Assembly: GCA_965215265.1 (NCBI GenBank)
Contig: OZ244048.1
Span: forward strand, 4,256,001 to 4,320,000
Length of the DNA: 64,000 bases
Direction of reading: 5' to 3'
Source: Candidatus Poribacteria bacterium
GTDB taxonomy: Bacteria > Poribacteria > WGA-4E > WGA-3G
The notes under the pieces are model-generated. The model worked only from the letters and a program-made list of their open reading frames with translations. It did no database searches and was not told where the DNA came from. The translations under genes were made by a program, and so were the position numbers. This document shows positions 53,801 through 62,730 of the stretch, one piece after another (within the stretch, counting starts at the first letter, position 1; each line of letters opens with the position of its first letter).

Positions 53801-55495
53801 ATGTTGAACAAAATACGTCGCCATAACAGAGAGATGCGATTCGGGCATCTCGCCCTTTTTACGTTCGTGATGTGTTGGGCTCTAGTCAGTCCGACCGCCG
53901 CCAAAACCATTGAAGATATCATTCCGGCAGATACCTTTTTCTACTTGGAGTTACAACACTTAGCCGCGTGCCGTGAAGCAATTGAGAGCTCGACTAGCTG
54001 GGAGTACGCAGCTGAACTTATTGCCGCGAATCCGAAATGGTCGCCCATCAACCAAATGCTGCAAATGGTGCCGATATTTACCGGCACTGACATTCCAGGG
54101 CTGCTTGACACGCTCCTCGGAGACCGAGTCGGGCTCACCGTTTCTGCAGCAGAAGAAGGGCTGCTGATTGGGCTCGTCATCCAGAATGCCGGCAAAGCAT
54201 CTACCGCCGAACAGACTTTCGCCACCCTCACCGAAACGCTTACCAGCATGGGCACCAACGTCAACGTGGAGAAAGGCACCTATCGGGACATCGCGTATCA
54301 TACAGCACAACTGGGCGGGCAGCAACTCACTTACGGGAGCCTGAGCACGGACCTCTTTATTGCGGGACTGAACCCGGCGAGTTTCAAGAAACTCATAGAT
54401 GTTTACCATGCCGAGACCGCGTCAATTGCAACAAGCGACGCGTATCGTTCTGTTGTTGAAAAGGCTGAGGAGAGTGAAGTTTTAGCGTTTATCGATGTCA
54501 CAGTCGGTGGACCCTATCTGCAACTCCTGCTACCGCCTGTTATTGGTAGGGAACTTGCTGCCTTCCGCACGTTAGGATACACATGGCACCTGTTGCAGCC
54601 CGGGCACGGGCACCGCCTATACGGACACCTTAACCTTGAGCAGGAAGATGCACTGATTCCGCGTTTACGAGCGGAAAAAGTCATGCAAACCACGCGGGGC
54701 CTCGCCGGCAACGAGGAATTTTTCCTTGCACTGCCGCAGGAGCATGCAGCTCTGTTATGGCAAGCTATTCTGAATGCGCTGCCTCCCTCGGAAAACAGCA
54801 ACTTTCTGTTCCCACCGAAAGCGGTGCTGCAAGCTGCGCTTGCAGGGGAGCTGACCTGCAACGCTGACCTTACCAACATCACGCAGTACCTGTTGGGCTT
54901 CGCAACAAACCAGCGCAGTACAGCCGGGGTAATAAACGCGGTCGGCTTTGACTTTAAAGAACACAGCGTAGGCTTCCTCTTCAAACCCGATACGCCCGAA
55001 ACATCGCAGACAGTGTTCCAAGGAATTTTGGAAAAATGTGCTGTCGCATCGCGCCGTCAAGTAGATTATAAAGGGATCGTCTACAACGTTGTAGATATCC
55101 CCGGCTCGTTCTATTCCGGCAAAGTCAACGACCTTTTTTTGTTGGCATTTTCGGAGCAGCAGTTCCAGACAATGGTAGACAATCTGTTAGCAGGACCGTC
55201 TCCGGATGGCTTGCAGCAGCGGTTTGCGGCGTTCTCAGCACTGCCTGCTGCCTACCTCCAACTCGACTTTGGTGAATTGATCGGTGCGCTTGCAGCGACA
55301 AACCCGCAACTATCTCCGGAGATGATAGCGTTCTTGAAGCAGATGGGACCGCTGCTCGCTGCTCTTGCTGTCCAAGAAGAGACATTCTCACTGCATATTG
55401 CCCATGAGCCGGAGGAGACAGGGAGTGAAGCTATGGCGAAGTTGGCACCTTTCGTTTTCTTCATGTTTACTGAGGATAAAGCAGCTGAGCAGTAA
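53801..55495 (+). CDS. Secreted/periplasmic hypothetical protein (DUF3352-like)
   Basis: SD AAGGAG; signal peptide then 'IPADTFFYLE'; internal two-fold repeat. Confidence 0.6.
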   Translation: MLNKIRRHNREMRFGHLALFTFVMCWALVSPTAAKTIEDIIPADTFFYLELQHLAACREAIESSTSWEYAAELIAANPKWSPINQMLQMVPIFTGTDIPGLLDTLLGDRVGLTVSAAEEGLLIGLVIQNAGKASTAEQTFATLTETLTSMGTNVNVEKGTYRDIAYHTAQLGGQQLTYGSLSTDLFIAGLNPASFKKLIDVYHAETASIATSDAYRSVVEKAEESEVLAFIDVTVGGPYLQLLLPPVIGRELAAFRTLGYTWHLLQPGHGHRLYGHLNLEQEDALIPRLRAEKVMQTTRGLAGNEEFFLALPQEHAALLWQAILNALPPSENSNFLFPPKAVLQAALAGELTCNADLTNITQYLLGFATNQRSTAGVINAVGFDFKEHSVGFLFKPDTPETSQTVFQGILEKCAVASRRQVDYKGIVYNVVDIPGSFYSGKVNDLFLLAFSEQQFQTMVDNLLAGPSPDGLQQRFAAFSALPAAYLQLDFGELIGALAATNPQLSPEMIAFLKQMGPLLAALAVQEETFSLHIAHEPEETGSEAMAKLAPFVFFMFTEDKAAEQ

Positions 55496-55496
55496 T

Positions 55497-55660
55497 ATCA
55501 AATGTTTAGATTCATTACCTAGAAAGCTGTTTGATTCCTATAGATACGTTCTGCAGCTTTACCATCAAATGTTTAGATTCATTACCTAGAAAGGCTCCGA
55601 CGAGATTTTCACGGTAATTAACTGAACATAGAGCAGTATAGGGCTTAAATATACAAAAAA
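55497..55660. repeat. Perfect 30-bp direct repeat pair (37-bp gap) merging into a dispersed-element copy
   Basis: ATCAAATGTTTAGATTCATTACCTAGAAAG at 55497-55526 and 55564-55593, then GCTCCGACGAGATTT...ATATACAAAA. Confidence 0.8.
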
Positions 55661-56153
55661 ATGATCCAGCTAGACCCTGCCGCTGCAACGTAGTTTCAAG
55701 AGCAAGGCTCGCATGAGAACGTGCTTTGGCCGGTGGCATCGCTAAACCTGTTTTATGCGTTCTTCTTTAGCATCTCTCTCATCCCATTTTTGAAGAGCGA
55801 GACGAAGTAACTCAAAGCGTAAAAAAAGATGGAACTTTTTGGTAGTACGGACAGTACAGGTTTGTAACATTTAAAGCAACTTTTTCTGAATTTTAAATCA
55901 GAAAATCGGGTATAATAGTTACAAGGAACTGGAAAAGCTCCATACTTTTAAACCCTTGTTAGAGGATAATAAACCTAAAAACCGTTTGTTTCACTGTCGT
56001 TTATCAGCATTTTTGCCATAACCCTCTGTGTATCGCTAACTTGTAACTATAAAGTTTAAAAGTGATGTCAACTCGCGCATTGAGGCGAGCCGGACCAGTA
56101 ATCAGGCAGTATTTATCTTGTGTATCTCAACACACCCGATAAGGAAGGAAAAA

Positions 56154-56891
56154 ATGTTAGAAACTCGCGACCTAACCAAAGTCTACAACGAATCTGTCTT
56201 AGCCGTGAATGCACTCAACCTCACCGTCAACGACGGTGAAATCTACGTCGTCCTCGGTGCCAACGGGGCCGGTAAAAGCACCACAATCTCTATGTTGCTG
56301 AACTTTATTGAACCCACGAGTGGCACCGCACTCATTGACGATATTGACATTCCCAAGTTTCCATTGGAGGCGAAGAAATACCTCGCCTACGTCTCCGAGA
56401 ACGTCGAACTCTACCGGAACTTTACCGCCCGGCAGAACCTCTCCTTTTTTGCCAAGCTCGGCGGACGCAAGAAGGTCTCTAACGCAGAATTGGACGAAAC
56501 CCTCGGCCGCGTCGGATTACCAACGGAAGCGTTTACCCGCCGCGTTAAGACATTCTCCAAAGGGATGCGCCAGCGTCTCGGCATCGCGATTGCAATCATG
56601 AAAAATGCCAAAGCGGTGCTGTTGGACGAACCGACTTCTGGCCTGGATCCGAAAGGCGGTGCGGATTTCCTCAATCTGCTCCGGGAACTACGCGAAGAAG
56701 GCAAAGCGATCTTCATGTCCACCCACGACATCTTCCGCGCCAAAGAGATTGCCGACAAAATCGGTATCCTCGTCGAAGGCAACTTGGAGCGCGAATTGAC
56801 ACGAGAAGAGGTGGAACAAGAGAACCTTGAAGCGTTATACCTCCGCTATGTCGCAGGCTATGAACCGGGAGAGGAAGAGATGGTATCATGA
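56154..56891 (+). CDS. ABC transporter ATP-binding protein
   Basis: GANGAGKST, FSKGMRQR, LLDEPTSGLDP, STHD. Confidence 0.95.
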   Translation: MLETRDLTKVYNESVLAVNALNLTVNDGEIYVVLGANGAGKSTTISMLLNFIEPTSGTALIDDIDIPKFPLEAKKYLAYVSENVELYRNFTARQNLSFFAKLGGRKKVSNAELDETLGRVGLPTEAFTRRVKTFSKGMRQRLGIAIAIMKNAKAVLLDEPTSGLDPKGGADFLNLLRELREEGKAIFMSTHDIFRAKEIADKIGILVEGNLERELTREEVEQENLEALYLRYVAGYEPGEEEMVS

Positions 56892-59176
56892 AACATAGAC
56901 TCGCTTTGCTGCTATGTCTCTGGATTCCGGTGCTCGTCGTCACAGGTCTGATACTACCACTGATAGCTCAGGAACGAGAAGAGGCGTTACAGATTCAGTT
57001 TCCTGAAGAGATAACTTCCGCGAAGACGAAAGACGCTCAGAACCGTGAAATTGCCATCGGCGGTGCACGTCTTGAGATGGAATTAGCTTCCAATCTGATG
57101 AAAAAGAAGCAGATCGAGCTGCAGAACCTGCAAGCGATGATGGCGGAACAGAATAACATCGTTACCGTCGCGGAAGTGAATCAGGCAGAGGAAGAATATA
57201 AACGTGCCGTCGCCGAATATGAGAAGGCGAAACTTAACCTGCAGCAGGTGGAACTCGATTCGCTCAAGGATGCATGGCACATCACCGTCGAAAGTACCCG
57301 CCTCTATGAATCCCGAGACGGCAGGGAACTCTTTTCTATTCGCTTACGAAACAGCTCCGCACCGGTCAAACTCACAGAGAGCTCCAAGGTGCTGGGGCAA
57401 GACGTTATCATCAGCGCCCAGATTGACGACATCTTTGTCTCCATTAAGGAAAAGGAAAATTTTGGTGGTGCGGGTGCCATTATCGCCGAACCTTACGAAC
57501 AAAGGATTCCGATGCTTAAGGAAGGCGAGAGCGTCGCCCTGGAATTTGAACTGATTAAGGAGGATATACGGAGTGTGGTTGTCGAATTAACTTATCTGGA
57601 TACGATTGAAGAGCGCAACATCCACCTCAAACAAGAAGAACCGTATATTTCTGTCGTGTCTGCACGCCGTTATAAACAAGGAGAGCAGCGGCGTTTGGAA
57701 GTTGTGCTGACTTATGGCGCGGTTGTTAGCGGTGAATCGGATGCCACGGGTACAAGTGAGCAGAGCGCGGCACAAGAGATTAATAACGTCTATGTCTCCA
57801 TAAAAGACGATACCAACGCTATCATCGGCTACCCCTACGAGCAACGGATTCCGACACTCAAGGATGGGCAGGCGAAAGTGCTGGACTTTGAACTGCGGAG
57901 AAATGTAGACAGCCTCACCGTCAGCCTACGCTACCTTGACAAGGAATCACTGTATAAAATTCACCTGGAGGAGGATACGCGGCACATCTCCATTCTGAGC
58001 GCGAAGAAATTCCGGGTTGAGAATCAGATGATGGTGACGATTGTGTTGAAGAATACATCTACAACCGAGGCGATGTCAGAAAATGCGTCGCAGGAGGAAA
58101 TCGCCGCAGCCAACGAAATTCAGTCTATTTATGTCTCGTTATTAGATGTGACGGATGACACAAATATCGTCAAACCGTACGAGGCAAAAATCCCTGTGCT
58201 GGGTTACAATGAGACGGTGGAACTGACGTTTCAACTCCAAAAGGATGTGGAGAGCCTCAAAGTCTCGCTCAAATATCCTGAATTGGCGGAGCCGGATACA
58301 CGCCTCATCTATCTTCAAAAGGAGTCTGCACTTGATGTGGTGAACGTGAGTTCGTTGCGGTTTTCGCAGGAGGGCAACCTCGGCAGCAGCGTCACGTATG
58401 ATTTGACCCTCGATCGGTTGGCAGAAACCGAGAACACGTTTCAATTGCGCGTGATTAACTTGCTCAACCGCCTCTCTTTTGAATTTCAAGACCCGGTAAC
58501 AGAGACACGGCAATCCCAAGTCAAGTTTACACAAGAGCAGTCGAAGCGCGACCTTTCGTTGGTGGTGTATCTCCCGGAAGAATTGGATGCCTCCTATCTT
58601 GACAGCACGTTGGAATTCTACGTGGCGGTGCTTGACGAGGCAGAGGCCACCGACCTGGGCGGCATAAATAACCGGCTAGACTTGCCGGCGGCACGGATTG
58701 CCAACATCCAAGGCGGTGTTGAGCGATTTGAACTGATTCCAAAAGGCGTGCCGGAGATTGAGCTCTTTGTGCCGAATGCCTTCCAAACCATCAAAATCGG
58801 CGATGTTGTCAATATGACAGCCACGCTAAGGAACATCGGCACCCGCGACCTGGTTGACATCCGCATGCGGGTGGATGTCAACACCGATTGGGACTACACC
58901 GTCACGCCAGAACTCGTAGCATCGCTGCAGCGCAACGAGGAGACAGAGATAGAACTGACGTTGATTCTGCCACCAGATGTGGGTGTCGGCGAATACGAGG
59001 CGAAAGTGAACGCCGAAGGCACCGTCGATAACCGAAAATTTGAGGCACGCGACAGGTCTATTACCGTGAAGGTGGAATCTAAAACCCAGGTCTCTATCAC
59101 CACGATTCTGTTTGGTGTCTTAATTCTGCTCGTCATCGGGATTGCTATTGTGACGATACGGATTAGTCGGCGATAG
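56888..59176 (+). CDS. Membrane-anchored protein with coiled coil, three internal Ig-like repeats and a C-terminal NEW3-like domain
   Basis: Three 'I..(I/V)(Y/F)VS...PYE..IP.L..(G/N)....L.F.L' units; C-terminal 'LRNIG..DL..PPDVGVGEY' and TM helix. Confidence 0.7.
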   Translation: MKHRLALLLCLWIPVLVVTGLILPLIAQEREEALQIQFPEEITSAKTKDAQNREIAIGGARLEMELASNLMKKKQIELQNLQAMMAEQNNIVTVAEVNQAEEEYKRAVAEYEKAKLNLQQVELDSLKDAWHITVESTRLYESRDGRELFSIRLRNSSAPVKLTESSKVLGQDVIISAQIDDIFVSIKEKENFGGAGAIIAEPYEQRIPMLKEGESVALEFELIKEDIRSVVVELTYLDTIEERNIHLKQEEPYISVVSARRYKQGEQRRLEVVLTYGAVVSGESDATGTSEQSAAQEINNVYVSIKDDTNAIIGYPYEQRIPTLKDGQAKVLDFELRRNVDSLTVSLRYLDKESLYKIHLEEDTRHISILSAKKFRVENQMMVTIVLKNTSTTEAMSENASQEEIAAANEIQSIYVSLLDVTDDTNIVKPYEAKIPVLGYNETVELTFQLQKDVESLKVSLKYPELAEPDTRLIYLQKESALDVVNVSSLRFSQEGNLGSSVTYDLTLDRLAETENTFQLRVINLLNRLSFEFQDPVTETRQSQVKFTQEQSKRDLSLVVYLPEELDASYLDSTLEFYVAVLDEAEATDLGGINNRLDLPAARIANIQGGVERFELIPKGVPEIELFVPNAFQTIKIGDVVNMTATLRNIGTRDLVDIRMRVDVNTDWDYTVTPELVASLQRNEETEIELTLILPPDVGVGEYEAKVNAEGTVDNRKFEARDRSITVKVESKTQVSITTILFGVLILLVIGIAIVTIRISRR

Positions 59177-59188
59177 GAGTTTTTTTCG

Positions 59189-60592
59189 ATGATGAAGCAT
59201 TGCATAAGAGAGAGAAGGTGGCAAAGGTGCCGATTCATTTTGTGCCTCCTGATAATGGTAAGTATTGTAACACCCCTCTCGGCACAGCGGCTGATGTCCC
59301 TCACCCCGGCACGTGCGATGGAATTGGCGTTGCAAAATAACGAGGTTGTCAAAAAAGCGGAAAAGGTGGTAGAGAAAGCGAACGCTAACCTGCGTCTATC
59401 TAAAGCGGTATACTTGCCCCAGGTCGGACTCACGGGGGAATATCAACGGCAAAAGGAGGGAGAGATTGACGAACGGGACTACCTATCACGTGCGGAGTTG
59501 AGCGTGCTGCTGGCACAATTTGGTGCGGTGCCGGACGGGCTAGATGCAGCACAAGAAGCGGTCCGCAAGGCAGAGATTGCGCACGAACGTGCAAAAAAGG
59601 ATGTCGTTTCGGCGCTGCGTAACCTCTGGCATGATATCATCTTGACACAAGAAGAAATACGCCAACGCCGCGCCATCGAGGTGGAACTAGAGGAAAAACT
59701 GCAAGCTACTCAAATCAAGCATGAGAAAAAACGGATCCTTTTCTTGAGTCGCCTCAATACGGAATTGGAGCTGTCAGAACAGCAGCTCGCCCTGAACGAA
59801 CTTCAGCGGCGGCTGGATGTTGACATCGCCGAGCTCATCCGCCTCACCGGGCTTGACCCGCTGGCACAAGTGGTCCTCTCGCAGCCACTCCCGGCAGACG
59901 ACATCACGCTGGAAGTCGCCGTTGAACTGGCGCTGGGAAACAACCTCGATTTGCGCGAGTTAGAAGGCGATATCGTCCGTCAAGAACGATTGGTGGCCGA
60001 AACGCTGTGGACACGTTTTCCGGAACTGTCCGCTGAGGCACGCTACAAGGACTTACGCGTCTTGTTAGAACAACAGCCCGGGCAGCGCACGTGGGACGCA
60101 ACGGCACGCTACAATCCGGTGCTATTAGACCGGGAACGAGATGTGCCAAGCCTGTTTGAACGAACGCCGCGCGCACAAGACGGGTGGGCGGTCCGCTTCA
60201 ACCTGAACATCCCGCTCTTTGATGGCAACCAGACAGCTAACCTCCGAACCGCCGAACTCGCTGAGCTAGAGCGGATGCAGTTGGAATATACCGAAAAACG
60301 AAAACAGCTTCGCGTGGCAGTTCGCCGCGATTATCGTGCCGTGGCGAACGCGCAAGAACGGATAGAGATTGAGCAGAAACGGGTGCAAATTTTCGAGCAG
60401 CGCCTCCGGGCGATTGAACGCGTGCTGGATGAAGTCACGGTGGAATTGCCCAATTATCGCGGATTGACATTTGACGACGCATTTCAGGCGCAAGCCCAAT
60501 TCACAGAGGCACAGCGCGTCTTTTATCAGGCACGCCGGGACCACGCCAAAGCAAAAGAGAAACTCCGGCAAACCCTGCAATGGATAGAGTAA
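59189..60592 (+). CDS. TolC-family outer-membrane efflux protein
   Basis: AMELALQNN, YLPQV, AVELALGNN, LNIPLFDG two-fold architecture. Confidence 0.88.
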   Translation: MMKHCIRERRWQRCRFILCLLIMVSIVTPLSAQRLMSLTPARAMELALQNNEVVKKAEKVVEKANANLRLSKAVYLPQVGLTGEYQRQKEGEIDERDYLSRAELSVLLAQFGAVPDGLDAAQEAVRKAEIAHERAKKDVVSALRNLWHDIILTQEEIRQRRAIEVELEEKLQATQIKHEKKRILFLSRLNTELELSEQQLALNELQRRLDVDIAELIRLTGLDPLAQVVLSQPLPADDITLEVAVELALGNNLDLRELEGDIVRQERLVAETLWTRFPELSAEARYKDLRVLLEQQPGQRTWDATARYNPVLLDRERDVPSLFERTPRAQDGWAVRFNLNIPLFDGNQTANLRTAELAELERMQLEYTEKRKQLRVAVRRDYRAVANAQERIEIEQKRVQIFEQRLRAIERVLDEVTVELPNYRGLTFDDAFQAQAQFTEAQRVFYQARRDHAKAKEKLRQTLQWIE

Positions 60593-60651
60593 TTTTGTCG
60601 ATGAAAGCGAGCAGGTTTCGTTGGCGTGAATGCACTCGAGCATATCTCGTT

Positions 60652-60884
60652 CTTTCGTCTACAGGAGCCCGTAACAAGGCTGCTGCAATGTTAATAACTT
60701 TACAAATCTCGTCTGAGCCTTTTTATGTTATGATTTTTAAAGACATTACCTAGAGCGGCTCCGACGAGATTTACACACGAATACTCACGACATCAGCGGT
60801 GACGGTATGGAGATATACGAAAAACGAGATTTACATACGAGCCCTCAAAAGCATAGACGTTGACGGTATGGAGATATACGAAAA
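60652..60884. repeat. Composite of the dispersed element: two copies head-to-head plus a tandem 60-bp arm
   Basis: AAATCTCGTCTGAGCC / GGCTCCGACGAGATTT inverted; CGAGATTTACA...GACGGTATGGAGATATACGAAAA at 60765 and 60825. Confidence 0.8.
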
Positions 60885-60965
60885 CCTTTTACTCGCCCCC
60901 CACTGGGACAAGAAAACCGAACCCCGCCACCCTCAACTTCGTATTGACCTAAAGGTTTACGAGAG

Positions 60966-61184
60966 TTGGATGTTGGTAGTACTCGTACCATTGCACTGCA
61001 GACTTCATATACTAGATTGATACCAGAGTTTACGATGCCTAATGTCGTCGTAGGTGATAAAATCTTTCGTTCTTTTGGAGGGGGTGTACCGACGGCCGCA
61101 CCCGCTAGTGATTTTTTTACTGTTCAGGGGATTGTTCATGCTGCTGAGCATAGACAATTCTTTCTTTGTACTTATACGAGTTGA
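60966..61184 (+). CDS. Hypothetical (phage-like) protein, probably a 5'-truncated fragment
   Basis: Stop overlaps the next ATG (TGATG); begins shortly after the repeat composite. Confidence 0.35.
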   Translation: MDVGSTRTIALQTSYTRLIPEFTMPNVVVGDKIFRSFGGGVPTAAPASDFFTVQGIVHAAEHRQFFLCTYTS

Positions 61185-61348
61185 TGTTGGATAAAAAAAA
61201 CTTTCATCTTGAGTCTGATTCTGGTGTTATCCTCGCCACTGGCGTTTTGTATCCTCAAGGCAATGTGCAAATCTTATGGCGGATTGATATCGGATACACC
61301 GCAGAGCAGTATTCGTCACTGTGTCTGGTTTTAGATCTGATTCTGTGA
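61184..61348 (+). CDS. Small hypothetical protein resembling uncharacterised phage proteins
   Basis: TGATG coupling; 'SGVILATGVLYPQGNVQILW' recalls small phage ORFs of the 'GVVAEGV.F.DG.V..RW' type (recollection, not a search). Confidence 0.45.
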   Translation: MLDKKNFHLESDSGVILATGVLYPQGNVQILWRIDIGYTAEQYSSLCLVLDLIL

Positions 61349-61355
61349 TGAAAGG

Positions 61356-61385
61356 TTGATTATATTCTTTTAGTTGTGCTATAAT
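61356..61385 (+). promoter_or_regulatory. Sigma70-type promoter with extended -10
   Basis: TTGATT-N18-TATAAT, with TG one base upstream of the -10 (TGcTATAAT). Confidence 0.7.
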
Positions 61386-61391
61386 ATCTAC

Positions 61392-61481
61392 GCTTTCTGA
61401 GTGAAACACAACTGGCAGGCATTGGTATCTTTCATTGTTTTACCGGAGGCTTTGAGAGGTGGTATCGGTGCCTGCTTTTTT
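61392..61481 (+). ncRNA. Candidate small RNA 1
   Basis: Follows the promoter, no ORF; long G-U-rich hairpin 61415-61475 then T6. Confidence 0.5.
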
Positions 61482-61525
61482 AGACGATTCTCCAGTCTTT
61501 TTGTTTCTTAGTTTATGCATCAAGG

Positions 61526-61574
61526 ACAGCGATGTATCTACTGCCCGTAACCACAGATACATCGCTGTTTTTTT
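61526..61574 (+). terminator. Intrinsic terminator
   Basis: ACAGCGATGTATCT / AGATACATCGCTGT 14-bp stem followed by a T-run. Confidence 0.75.
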
Positions 61575-61575
61575 G

Positions 61576-61605
61576 TTGATACTCATAAAAAAAATGTGCT
61601 ATAAT
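61576..61605 (+). promoter_or_regulatory. Sigma70-type promoter with extended -10
   Basis: TTGATA-N18-TATAAT with TGTGcTATAAT, same architecture as 61356. Confidence 0.7.
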
Positions 61606-61611
61606 GTAATA

Positions 61612-61721
61612 TACACACACTGAATGTTCAGAGGTTGCTGACTTTGTTCATTCGCTTTTAGTGTGTGTGGTCTTTTGCCTTTTGGCTGTGCATTCCCACC
61701 TTTTATGCACAGCCTTTTTTT
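61612..61721 (+). ncRNA. Candidate small RNA 2
   Basis: 5' stem ACACACACTGAA/TTTAGTGTGTGT, then terminator GGCTGTGCAT/ATGCACAGCC + T7 (T-tract only on + strand). Confidence 0.5.
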
Positions 61722-62388
61722 ATTTGCTCTCGCTTGAAGCTTCAGCAAACAACGTTGGTTCGCCCAAACCGACGTGGTCACACCAGGGAAGGGTTAACTC
61801 GGCAATAAAAATTGTGAGTATCTCTGTACCTTTAGGTATATTGGCTTCAATATACATTCCATTATGCTCAGGGCGTAATTCTTCCGATTCGTATATTATT
61901 TTCTTATCGGAATATATTGAAATTCTCACTCTACCGGTACAATTTTGCGCTGTGATGGCGAAATATGCACCGAAGCGGCTCGCTTCTATTTCTGAAATAT
62001 CGTACTTTAGCCCACTGGTTGCATGTACATATATCCAGTGTTCCCAGATTAACATTTCAGGAAATTTTATGAAATCAGGAGGTTGTTCTGTTCGTGTGCC
62101 ATCTGGTCTTTGCTCCCACACACCTGCAATCCAGCCATCCCATTCTGTAAAATCATTGATAGGGATTAAAGAATTTGAATCCTTGTGTGTAAGCGTAAGG
62201 AGTATATTATCTTGTGGTTCTGGTTCCTCGGCAGGTGGTTCTGGTTCCTCGGCAGGTGGTTCTGGTATTTCTTCGGCAGATGTCACCACTACATACCTCA
62301 CCGCTTGATTTCCCCCACAGGATGTGAGAGAAACACACAACACTGCGATAAGCAGCAAGTTCAGAATTATTACACTTTTTTTCTTCAT
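61720..62388 (-). CDS. Lipoprotein with Pro/Glu linker and NPCBM/NEW2-like carbohydrate-binding domain
   Basis: SD AAGGAG; lipobox LTSC; 21-bp tandem repeats (EPEPPAE); 'IYVHA.S.LKYDI...F.AYF.I....V...IY.D...IYES...DHV.LGEP.L'. Confidence 0.7.
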   Translation of the reverse strand: MKKKSVIILNLLLIAVLCVSLTSCGGNQAVRYVVVTSAEEIPEPPAEEPEPPAEEPEPQDNILLTLTHKDSNSLIPINDFTEWDGWIAGVWEQRPDGTRTEQPPDFIKFPEMLIWEHWIYVHATSGLKYDISEIEASRFGAYFAITAQNCTGRVRISIYSDKKIIYESEELRPEHNGMYIEANIPKGTEILTIFIAELTLPWCDHVGLGEPTLFAEASSESK

Positions 62389-62411
62389 AAAGAACTCCTT
62401 ATTTTTTTTAT

Positions 62412-62440
62412 ATGCTAACAAAATTGTATCTGCTTGTCAA
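62412..62440 (-). promoter_or_regulatory. Promoter of the lipoprotein gene
   Basis: Minus strand TTGACA-N17-TAGCAT with TG extension. Confidence 0.6.
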
Positions 62441-62464
62441 TTAAAAAGACTCGCTTTTTACTTG

Positions 62465-62691
62465 ATTTTACTACACATTTGGTGACTTAAAATTCCAGTT
62501 GTGTTAATTAAGTACTTAAAGCCACGTTTCGATTCCAAATTGGTGCGATTAAAAGCAAACTAACCACCACGGTGTGGGTATCGCTTTAGAATCTTATTTC
62601 GATTCCAAATTGGTGCGATTACAAGCTTTCCAGATTGTTATTGTTGGCTCTGTTTCGTCAAGTTTCGATTCCAAATTGGTGCGATTAAAAG
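62465..62691 (-). CRISPR. CRISPR array B: three 30-nt repeats plus a possible degenerate trailer; type I-B-like
   Basis: GTTTCGATTCCAAATTGGTGCGATTAAAAG at 62526, 62596 (2 mismatches) and 62662; spacers 40 and 36 nt; minus strand reads CTTTTAATCGCACCAATTTGGAATCGAAAC; degenerate copy ~62465-62493. Confidence 0.9.
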
Positions 62692-62730
62692 TTTGCTGAC
62701 GCAACCAGAGGCGCGCGGAGGTTGAAGCAC

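Noticed and set aside
60765-60884. Two 60-bp units as a third CRISPR array
   Set aside because: The units are arms of the dispersed element found elsewhere in the window, and the variable part is only ~16-17 nt.
61661-62308. 215-aa + strand ORF
   Set aside because: It is an antisense shadow of the lipoprotein gene, which has an SD, lipobox and promoter.
62692-62730. GCAACCAGAGGCGCGCGGAGGTTGAAGC as a third, solitary CRISPR repeat
   Set aside because: It ends like some repeats (TTGAAGC) but is single-copy and spacer-sized; it cannot be supported without a database search.
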